This document shows, one piece after another, positions 24,290 through 34,554 of a stretch of 36,711 bases of DNA. The translations under genes were made by a program, and so were the position numbers. The notes below the pieces were generated by a model. The model was not told where the DNA came from. It saw only the letters and a program-made list of their open reading frames with translations, and did not search any database. Source of the stretch: Jimgerdemannia flammicorona (taxonomy: Eukaryota); assembly GCA_003990765.1 (NCBI GenBank), contig RBNJ01000204.1:1-36711 (forward strand). Direction: 5' to 3'. Positions within the stretch are counted from its first letter, which is position 1; each line of letters opens with the position of its first letter.

Positions 24290-25400
24290 AGAACAGAAAG
24301 ACTAAGAAGTTGTCTCTTTAAGGATACTCAGACCTATTCCACCCTATCCAAGATCTTCTATACCATCCTCAGGATACCCAAGTGTCTTAGACTCCAGCAA
24401 TAACTCAGAAAGTGAATCAGATTCAGTATCAGGATTAGAACCAGAACCAGAATCAGAAGACAGTGATGACAAAATAATCACCCTATTGTTAATCTTTGCA
24501 GGATACCCCAAAGAAGACCCAAGAGAATTTCTTGATTGAATAGAAGAAATTACAGCTCTGAAAAACCTCACTTCTGAAAGAAAAATCACTATCTACAAGG
24601 CCCAACTTAGAGAACCAGTTAAAGGAATTTTTATTCAAGCATACAATAATTCAAACTCAGACCTTAGAGCAGCTATCATTACAGCAACAACTTGGCTAGC
24701 AGAGTATCAAGCTATGACCCACTGGCTCATTGAGAAGTATGCAGGAAATGAGACCTGCTACAAGGCTTAAGAATCTATCATAAGAATGAAAATGAACCTT
24801 AGAGAATCACCCAGAGCCTTCTTTACAAGAATTCAAAAGAGAATGTATATAGCTGGATTCAATACCACTAACCAAGATATCATAGGTCTAATGACCTTCA
24901 TGAATGGAATTTCCCTGGACATTACTCAGTATGTCTATACTCTAGATATCAGAAGGTTTAAAGAACAAGTAGATGTAGCCGAAGAATTCTTTAATATCAG
25001 ACAAGGAACTACCTAAAGTGACTATAATAAGAAGGATAATAAAGAAGATATTCTGATCAAAGCCCTATAAGGACTTCTTTAAGGATAGGAGTAAAATTCA
25101 GGACCTCAGTTCTAAGTTGGACTGATTGGTTGGACAGATTGAAAAACTTACCATATACAAAAATCAGAGTTATCAAGACAACAGAGAATACTCACCACAG
25201 AGGAGCCAAGGTTATCTACTAAGAGATAATAGAAACTATCAGTAAGAAGAAAGGATATATCCTATCCAAAACAGAGCCCAAGTCTAATACTTTCATTATA
25301 GATAATTTGGATACTATACCACTGAATATGACAATAAAAGGAGTGATCAAAGGGATTCAGAACTACTAAATCAAAGGAATGAAACCCAGTATAAGAAGAC
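24290..25400 (+). pseudogene. Element D gag
   Basis: IFAGYPKEDPREFLD, ESPRAFFTRI and FMNGI; knuckle YFHYR*FGYYTTEY at 25288-25329 (Cx2Cx4Hx4C with C/H>Y). Confidence 0.85.
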
Positions 25401-25939
25401 TGAAGTCTATCCTGTTGAAGACTTTGAAGAAGAAAGCAACAGTGAAGACTATAGTGACCTAGACTTGTACTCAGCCAAAGTTATCATCCAAAAGCCAGTT
25501 TACCTAGTAGAGAAGAGGAAGAGACCTATAGGAAGACCATCCAGGAATACTAGTAGAAGAATTATTCAAGTAGAAGACAAAGAACATGAAGAGAAGCAAG
25601 TAGAAATACCCCCTAGGTCTCTCTCATCTTTTGTTTCTGAAACAAATAAACTATCTCTAGAAGATAAAGAAATAGAGCAAGAAGAATGGGAACCTGCTGT
25701 CCTAAAGCCCAAAAAGAAGTATATCTCAAAGACCATACCCAGAGATATCTACAATAAAGTCTGGCAAAAGATTCAAGAAGCCAAGATGGAAGTTTCTCTC
25801 CTGCAGTTTCTACAACTAACACTAGCTAGAGTCTGAAAAAAATTACTAAGAACTACTAGGTCTAGCACTGGCCAAGTTCCAATTCTATAGCAAGAACTAG
25901 CTCTTACCTCTATCCAAGCTATGGAGAGATATGTTAGCA

Positions 25940-26290
25940 CTTATCTACATAGAGATATTGGAGGACAAAAGGAAAAAATCCTCATAGATATAGGAGTAGC
26001 TATCTGTATTATTGCCAAATGATTCCTAGATACCCTCCAATGGCCCATTGATGGACCATCTAACATTAGCATCATAATAGCAGATAGAGCCCAAACTCAA
26101 CCCCTTAGAGAAGTATAAAACATCACTATCTCTCTTAAATACATTCAGTTCTCCATTCTAAAAGCTATTATCACTGAAACTGTTATCTATGATATAATCC
26201 TTAGCACCAACTGGATGAAGAAAATAAATACAGTTATTGATATTGGTCAACAAGTACTCAAGTTTGACTACTGAGGCAAGAAGTACAGAG
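25940..26290 (+). pseudogene. Element D aspartic protease
   Basis: ILIDIGVAICII (ex DTG) and YDIILSTNWM. Confidence 0.85.
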
Positions 26291-26520
26291 TTAAGATAAC
26301 TAGCTATGAGCAATCAAAGAAAAAGAAGAAGGTTACTATCCAGAAAGAATATATCAGCAGTAAAGAGTCTACCATAGAAGAGGAAGAAGAATCCAAAGAT
26401 AGAAATGATCCCAGACTCAATCCACAAATCAACCTAGTAGATGATAGGCCAGAAGATAATGTGTGGGCCAGAAACACTATCTCTATTACCATTGGAGCCA
26501 TTGCAGGAGAGATCAAAGAA

Positions 26521-26640
26521 TGCTCTATCTGCCTCAAGAAATACAAGTACTCTAAGCACTCCTCCAAAATTATTGGGACAAGGAATTCACCTGGTACAGC
26601 TTGCTCTGAGTGCAGAAGAAGGAAGAAGAAATGCAGATAT
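26521..26640 (+). pseudogene. Zn(II)2Cys6 (GAL4-type)-like cysteine cluster in frame with D pol
   Basis: CSICLKKYKY-x17-CSECRRRKKKCRY, in the same frame as the protease and dUTPase. Confidence 0.6.
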
Positions 26641-27599
26641 GTTCCAGAAATACCTGCAGCTGAAGCTGCAGAAGTACAAGCAATCTAGGATTAAAAATTA
26701 TCTAAGGAAGAAGAAATCTCTAAACAGGAGGTTCCTGAACAAGAAGTACCTGAAGAGGAAGAAGTTCCTGAACTCATTCTCTGGGATGACTCTTGCTGGA
26801 CACTACTCAAAGATAATGACCCCTGGAATATTGAAGAAGGATCCAGCACAAGCTCCATTATTTCTAAGTAAGAAACATACTAAGAAAGAGTCTTTTGGCT
26901 AGGAAGATATCCATATTAAATCATCTTTTACTTTTCTTGAAACTACTGCTATTAGTGCCATCTGCTGGACCAATAAGAGAGACAAAGACTCCAAAGATTA
27001 AAACTCCCAACTATAGTTGCATAGTCAACTACTTTCCAAGAAGTTACTACTAAGTTACAAAGCTGATTTAGAGGATAAAGTCTCTTTATCCAAATAGAAA
27101 TATATCTCTTGGCCACCCTTTCCCCAACTTATAACCAAGATAGATACTGATTCCTGAGACAATAAGAGATCAATAATCAGAAACAGCATTTCTAAACAAT
27201 GAGATATTGTAATTATAGAAGACACCCAAACTGCTGAGACTGCAGATATCAAAAGATTCATCCTAGTTAGGATATCACAATTTACATCTTAAAGAGAGAA
27301 GATAATATAGACCAGATCCAAAAAAGCTAGACCAAGAAACCAGAAAGAAGGACTCTCAAGATCTATAATTTAGAAGAAGATATTTTAGCTCTCATCAGAC
27401 ATACAACCTACTGAGGATGGGTAGAGGATGCTACCAACTTTATGGAAGCCCTAGACCTTACAGGAAAGAGAGAAATCAACTACCTCTGAGATCTCTCTAC
27501 TGGAGCCAGATGGCCACACCTCAACCTCAGAGTCTGGAGACTTTCTACTAGTGGAGCTTCAGCCCAAGGACAGTCTGAACTCAGTAAGAATATTGCCCA

Positions 27600-28001
27600 G
27601 TATGCCCTATTGCATCCAAAGGCCAAACCTCTGACCAAAGCTCACCAAGAAGATATAAGATATAACCTTTATAGTCCAAGGATGAACCCATCAAGCCTGG
27701 AAGAATACTGATGTTTAGAACCAGACTAGCCATGTAGTCACCTTAAGAAACTTACATCTAACTGACCTTAAGGTCTGAGCTTACCAGACAGAGAATAACT
27801 GTAGAAGGAGAAACTATAAACTCGGGATATATAGGTGAAATCAAGATTATTCTATACAACAGTAGTACAGAATGGTACTGAATTATTAGAGGGCAGAAGA
27901 TTGCTCAAGCAGTCTTCATGAGAGTCAAGACCCTATAATTACAAGAAGTCTCCAAACTGACTGAAGGAATAAGACAAGCTGAAGGATTTGGAAGCTCAGA
28001 T
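27600..28001 (+). pseudogene. dut: dUTPase domain in element D pol
   Basis: All five motifs recognisable: AHQEDIRYNLYSP (I), RSEL (II), GETINSGYIGEI (III), GQKIAQAV (IV), RQAEGFGSSD (V). Confidence 0.9.
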
Positions 28002-28499
28002 AAGAAAGAAGTACATATATCTCCTTTAGGTCAATTACCTCAAGAGAAATGTTCCCTAGCAAGTATACTATCAACTAGTTAAACTATACAAGAATCTCAT
28101 CCTAGAGCCTGGAGAGCAAACCACCTTTAAAATCTTTATACTACCTAATCCCAGAAATCTCTTCTTTGAACTTAATAAAGATATCCTGAATTTGGATATA
28201 GAAGAACATATATTTCCTGATAAGATGAATTTAGTATACTCCTGAGCAACTAACCAAAGTTGAGAGACCATCATCTTATCAAAGAGAACTATTATAGGAT
28301 ATCTGGTGCCTTTTCTCAACTGAACTTATAGAGAAGTTTATAAACTAAACTTATTAAGAAATAGTAAAAGATCTCAGAAGAAAGAAAAGGCTCCTTTGTG
28401 ACCCAGGAGATAGTAAAGCCTTCCACTAATATTAAAGAAGAATTGACACTCTAGCAATGGTAATAACTAGTAAAACTCCTCAACAAATATCAAGATATC

Positions 28500-29825
28500 T
28501 TTATCACAGACTATGATAACCTACTATATAATCCATCATATCACTATAGTATAAATACAGAAAATACAACACCTATCTGGTAGAAACCCTTAGAATACCC
28601 TATCACTTAAAGATATTTGAAAAGGAACACATTCAAGAACTCTTAGACAATAGAGTCATTTTGACCCTCAACCAGCTCTTGGGCCAGCCCTATACTTATT
28701 ATACCAAAGAAAGGAGGATAGAGACTCTATGTAGACTATAAGAAACTCAATTTAATTACTGAAAAGGATACCTATTCTTTGCTCAAAATCAATGACCTCT
28801 TGGATCAGTTACAAGATATCAGATACTTCAGCAGTATGGACCTTTTCACAGAATTCTATGAGATTCCTATAGACTTAAAAGACATTGAGAAGACAGCCTT
28901 TCTTGCTCTAGAAAAACTGTTTGAATATCTCTGAATGCTCTTTGAACTTTGAAATATACCTCCTATCTTTCAGAGAATGATGAATTTGATCTATATCTCT
29001 CTGATTTACTACTGCCTGATTGTATATATAAATGATTCAAACATCTACTCAGCAAATTTTGAGGAACACCTGTACTATCTAGAAGAATTCATCAAGCTCA
29101 CCCATAAGAATCACCTGAGACTCAATGTCAAGAAATACTACTTTGGAAAACAGAAACTTGAATTTCTTAAATTCATAATTTCAAAAGAAGGAATCTATAC
29201 AGATCTAAAGAAAACTGAGAAGATTAACAATTGGCCAATACCCAAGACCTTGAAGGAAATACTATCCTTTCTGATACTAGTATCCTACTACAGGAGGTTT
29301 ATCAAAGACTTTACCTAAATTACTACTTTAATCTGAATCCTTCTCAAGAAAAAAGTACCTTATAAATAGACAGAATCACAAGAGAAAGCCTTTAAAGAAC
29401 TCAAGCACTATATGACCACAGCACTAATCCTCATCTACCCCAATCTACAGAAGCCATTCATCTTATATATAGATGCTTCCAAAGATAGTCTAAAAGTAGT
29501 TCTAGCCCAAGAAGGACCTAACTAACAATACTATATAATAGCTTATATAAGCTGAGCTACTAATCAGCAGCAGATGAACTATGGTAGTACTAAATTGGAA
29601 TGTCTTATAGTTATATAGATAGTCACTCTGTTCAAGCATTATCTTATCAGAAAAAGATTCACTCTAATAACTGACTATACAGTCCTCAAATAGCTATTCA
29701 ACTATAAGAAACCTACTGGAATCCTAGCCCACTGGATCCTTATCCTCTAGAATTACAAAATCATCATTATCTATAAAGTAGAGAAAGCTCACAACAATAT
29801 TGATGTACTTTCCTGCCAACTCTAA
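28500..29825 (+). pseudogene. Element D RT and RNase H
   Basis: SSWASPILII, IVYINDSNIYS (ex YIDD), YYRRFIKDF, FILYIDASK, HNNIDVLSCQL*. Confidence 0.92.
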
Positions 29826-30904
29826 TGAACTAGAAGAAGTATATACTGAGGAACTATACTCTAAAGAAAGTTCCTCAGATCATTAAGGTATAGAAAGATC
29901 TTATCTGAAAAGAATATCAGAAAACCCACCAAGGATAGATAAATATAGAAGAAAAGTTGTGAACAGCATATCAACACTGGCTCAATCTCAGAATATAAGT
30001 CTGGAATATACTTAAAAAGTATGATACCTGCCAGAAGTACCAAGGAAGAAAGAACCATTAAGCACTATTACAACCAATTGTACTATTAGACAACATCTTC
30101 TAGAAATGGAGAGTAGATATAATTGGACCCCTACCAGTTACACTAAAAAGAAATAAGTATATTCTTATATTTGTGAAATATCTAACTAAGTGGTCCAAGG
30201 CTTTTCCAATAGAAATTACAGATGCCTTGACCATTGTAGGCCTTCTCTATAGACTCACACTCAGATATAGATCTCCAGAAGAACTTATCTCTAACCAAGA
30301 CACAGAATTCATAAACAAAATAATTATAAGTTATACTAAAATTCACAAGATCTACCTCAAACAGACCACATCATACTACCCTCAGACCAATGATATAATA
30401 GAAAGAATGAATCAGACTATTAAGAAAGAACTTGCCTGAGTTAATTCTACTAACTGAGATCTCTGCTTACCTGAGATCTTATGGGAAATTCAGAACATCT
30501 CTGCTGTCTCCACCAAACAAAAATCCTTTGAAATAATATTTGCTAAGAAAATCAGAACTATTGACTATGAGAACTTCAGAGACCTCCTTAAGAAAGCAGA
30601 ATAGTTATATAATCAAGCCTGAGTTCAGATTATCAAAGCTCAAGAAAGACAAAAGAAGTATTATAATCAGAAGTAAAAGAATCAGAAGATCAAGATTAGA
30701 GATCAAGTACTAGTTTGGAGAAGTATGATTAAAACAAACTTTGCTGCCAAACTAAAGCCCAAATGAGAAGAATTCTATCTTATATACAATATTAGAGAAA
30801 CTAGCATCTATTTAAGAAGTATGAATAGATGAACCCTAAGGACACTAGTATATATCAATTATCTCAAGATATACCTCTCCTCATATCATGAATCAGAGAA
30901 TTGA
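29825..30904 (+). pseudogene. Element D integrase (separate frame starting at a TAATG overlap)
   Basis: THQG...KKYDTCQK Zn finger, WRVDIIGPLP, ELISNQDTEF, YYPQTNDIIERMN; no chromodomain. Confidence 0.9.
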
Positions 30905-31396
30905 TAACTGCCTCCAGACCTTTATCTTCAGTTCCTTCTAAGCTCTACTAGTTCCCCTACTACAGTTTTAAGAACCCAATAGAATATATCATCAAAGGAT
31001 CTAGGTTCATCAAGAAAATCTCACTCTGACTAAGAGATTACTCTAGGTTCACTAGCTATAGGCCTATTATGTAATTAGAGAATAGTTGTAGAATCTTCTC
31101 CTTCTAGATCTGGCCTACGTCTGCAATACTACTGGCCTAAATAGAAGAAATACCACTGCTGTAAAAAGACTATATACAATCTACATACAAATAGAACCCT
31201 TCAGCCTTAATTTAGGTTCAGTTCTCTCTGAATGATCTCCAAAGGATGACCCTACCTATCTACCTTAGTATTATCTACCAAGTTGAGACCCTATTTCTTG
31301 AGAAAGAAGAGAAGTCTTTAAAATAAAGTAACCATAGCATAGATAATGAAGATGATAGAACAGGTATAGATGCAGAAGCTACTTATACTTATTGAA
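30888..31396 (+). pseudogene. Element D accessory ORF3
   Basis: ATG overlaps the integrase end; MNQRIDNCLQTFI...*AYYVIRE*L...GLNRRNTTAVKRLYTIY, then after a frameshift K*NPSALI*VQFSLNDLQRM. Confidence 0.65.
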
Positions 31397-31434
31397 ATAA
31401 TAACTAAAGAATAGTCTGAGGTAGACTATTCTTC

Positions 31435-31442
31435 AGTAGGGG
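31435..31442 (+). promoter_or_regulatory. Polypurine tract of element D
   Basis: AGTAGGGG just before the 3' LTR start TGTGATG. Confidence 0.6.
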
Positions 31443-31446
31443 CTAA

Positions 31447-32820
31447 TGTGATGAGCAAATAGTATAATATAGCCAGATAATGTAAACTTCTAGTATAGTA
31501 TAGTTACTTATGCCTGCTATACTTATAATTAGCCAGGATACCAAATCAGAGTTATTTATCTGTATCTTGAGAACATATCTATATCCAGTAGATACACTTA
31601 TATCCTATGAATACACTCTTGTCCTGTAGATACACTCATGTCCTGCAGACATACTTATGTCCTGTGAATATACCCAAATATTACTAGAGATGGTAAATCT
31701 ATAATTATCCAGATAGCAACCAGATAGCAAGCATAATGTATAAAATACTCCAGAGACAAGAGTGAATAAACCTCAGTCTGAATTGAAGTATAAACTAAAG
31801 AAGCTTCTAAAGATTGAGCATTAGTCTCTTTTTTCTACTCTAGTCTACTTTTCTATATAAAGAATAAGTCCATTTTTAGTTCTCTTGCTAGATAAGCCTG
31901 AAGATTTACTATCAAAGTTTGAGTGAAGAACTTTGCCACCATTTGAGTAGTCTGTCACTTAAAGAATAAGCTATTGTTTTCAAGAAATCTGCTATCTTAT
32001 CACAAAGCCGGTCTATTGATATAACTTCACAGTAAACTTGTTCATGTAAACAAAATCAGTCTTAATATAACTTTGCCAAGAATCTATATTCTCAAAGAGT
32101 TCTTAAGGAACCTTACTACAAGTCAGTCTCTTAATATAACTTCACAGTAGAGCTAGTCTATGATAAAATTCTATACAAATGAAGCCAGTCTTTGATATAA
32201 CTTACTGAGAATCTATATTATCTAAGTTATCTGAATATCTACTACCCAAGTTATTTATCTGTTCTCAGTGAGCCCAATTCAGAAAAATCCACACTATTTG
32301 CTATTCTCAGAAGAGCCAATTTAGAAAGAATCTACAATATCTGAGTTATTTAAGTTATATATTCAAATTATCTATATTATCTAAATTATTATTCAAGAAG
32401 CCTATAAATTTAGAAGAATCTATACCAAATCAAGTTATCTACCAAATTATATACTTTTGGAGATCATTGCACTATATAGAGATTATCTGTCATCTAAGAA
32501 AAAAAACTGCTAAATTACTAGACTACTTCACATAAAAAAATTCATCATACTATACAGAGATCATCAGGTAGAGATTGCCTATCACTTAAGAAAGAAATGG
32601 CTAAATTACTAGTCTACTATATACAAATCACTACTATACCCAAGAACCTATCCCAATAAGAATATTGACCATTATATCCAGATTGACTATTATATCTCTA
32701 AATACTAATAAAGAAACTTAGAACATTTTGTTGTTTTTTAACAAAGTAACTGAGGACTCAAGCCAAACTATATTAATTTCTAATCTTATAATTTACCTCT
32801 ATTGAGCCAGACATATTATA
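31447..32820 (+). repeat. 3' LTR of element D
   Basis: Starts TGTGATG, ends TATTATA (ex CATCACA); co-linear with the 5' LTR. Confidence 0.92.
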
Positions 32821-32824
32821 CTAT

Positions 32825-32906
32825 ATTATATTAAGAATCAGATTTAAATACTATAATTAAATATCTATCTCTTGATTATTGTTTCTAATTTAGATTAACT
32901 ATCACA
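32825..32906 (-). repeat. 5' LTR of element C, part 2
   Basis: Matches ~740-799; ends ATCACA followed by TSD ATAT. Confidence 0.85.
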
Positions 32907-32910
32907 ATAT

Positions 32911-33305
32911 TAACTAATAGCTTAAATTCTTACTCTTGACTTTATAAAACTTGAAGGTTCTCATTCTAGAGAAAATATTGCAGAAGTATTTATAAACTAT
33001 ATTTAGAATCTTAGTATTATAACTAAAATATAGGAGTTTTTTTTTATTTTTAGACTAATTTAAAAAAAGATAAAAAGAAAAAATATATTTTTACTTTTAA
33101 TCATTAACTGTTTTCTGTATAATTTTATATATTAAAATTTTAAAATAAAGATATTAGCTATTATAATAGATTATATATCTCTAATAATATTATATTTCTC
33201 TATATTTTGGTAACTAAACTTTAATAAAAAAATATAATATTTAATACTAACAATATTATATATAGTGTCAGATATGTTCTCAATCTTACTACTTAAGATT
33301 ATCTT
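32911..33305 (+). pseudogene. hAT transposase remnant, right part (probable intron ~33028-33150)
   Basis: LTLDFIKLEGSHSRENIAEVF (HSGENIA), ILAIIIDYIS.NN (AITxDNA) and YVLNLTT*D (HVLNL..Q). Confidence 0.8.
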
Positions 33306-33537
33306 ATATATATATTTGAGACTATAAATATAATATACTAGATATGTCTATATATATTTATACTATTCTAGATAACTATAACTACTAGTCTGAAATTTCT
33401 AGTAACTTATAAATATATATAATAATTCATTACAGAATTGGTCTTAGTTTATTTTTAAGAAGTAGTACTAGAGAATTTCATATAAATAAGGAGGTATTAC
33501 TGAGAAAATATTATTATAATATACATAATACTTTACA

Positions 33538-33899
33538 TAGTACTTATAAATAAATTGAATCAATTCAAATAGAATTAAATTGAGAGTCATTTAAATCAAA
33601 TCAAATTGGAGTTTTTTCAATTTAAATTAAATTAAATTTGAATTGAATTGAGGGTCTGATTTGAACTCTATTTTTTGAAATATAATAACTTAATGAAAAT
33701 ATATTAAAAATTAATAATCTTTAGATTATTAGATTTTTTTTATATAGAGAAATCTAATAAGCTAAAGATTATTAAATTTAGATATATTTTTGTCAAGTTA
33801 TTATATTTTGAAAAATAGGATTCAAATCAAATCTTGAATTAAATTATATCTTTGAATTAAATCAAATTAGACCTTTGATTCAATTTATTAAGAGTACTA
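33538..33899. mobile_element. Foldback MITE 1, hAT type
   Basis: Ends TAGTACT..AATAAATTGAATC / GATTCAATTTATT..AGTACTA; near-palindromic throughout; 8-bp TSD ACTTTACA/ACTCTATA. Confidence 0.8.
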
Positions 33900-34074
33900 A
33901 CTCTATAAGAGATAGAAATATAAAGATTTGAATAAGATATTTTAGAGATAAAATTATCTATTTAGAAGAAAGTTATAATATATGATCTAAATTAGAAATA
34001 AGAATCAGAGAATAGATATTTAATTATAATATCTAAATCTGATTTCTGATATAGTATAGTAATATGATTAATCA

Positions 34075-34407
34075 TAGTACTTTCAAATAAATTAAATTAA
34101 TTTAAATTAAATCAAATTAAGAGTTATTTAAATCAAATTGAGAGTTTGATTTAAACTCTATTTTTAGAAATATAATAACTCAATGAAAATATAATCAAAT
34201 TTAATGATCTTTAACTTATTAGATTTATCTTATATATATAGAAATCTAATAAGCTAAAGATTATTAAATTTGGACATATATTCATTAAGTTATTATATTT
34301 TAAAAATAGAGTTTAAATTAAATTTTGAATTAAATTTGATTTGAATTAAATTAAATTAGACCTTTGATTCAATTGAATTGATTTGATTCAATTCATTGAG
34401 AATATTA
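34075..34407. mobile_element. Foldback MITE 2 (same family as MITE 1)
   Basis: Direct similarity to MITE 1, same palindromic structure; TSD degenerate (ATTAATCA/GTTAGTAG). Confidence 0.75.
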
Positions 34408-34554
34408 GTTAGTAGTCACTCAATCTTATACTTATATATAAATCTTATAGTTGTAAAATAAAAGACAGTTATAAACTTAGCTACTATATAGCTAGCAAAC
34501 TTATATAAATATTTCTGATATATATTTAGAATAAATAAATCTTAGATTGAAATA

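Larger units (their letters stand above)
22565..32820 (+). mobile_element. Ty3/gypsy retrotransposon D with extra domains (Zn cluster, dUTPase, ORF3)
   Basis: LTRs 22565-23892 and 31447-32820; 4-bp TSD CTAT (22561-22564, 32821-32824); PBS, PPT; gag-PR-[insert]-dUTPase-RT-RH, IN, ORF3. Confidence 0.93.
326..32906 (-). mobile_element. Ty3/gypsy LTR retrotransposon C (non-chromovirus), degenerate; hosts A, B, D and E
   Basis: Paired LTRs 326-799 and 22162-22564+32825-32906; 4-bp TSD ATAT (322-325, 32907-32910); PBS and PPT; gag-PR-RT-RH-IN order on the minus strand. Removing it rejoins the hAT frame (one 1-nt slip nearby). Confidence 0.88.

Noticed and set aside
26441..26902. 153-aa Lys-rich ORF
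   Set aside because: Alternative frame of the Glu-rich pol frame that holds the Cys cluster.
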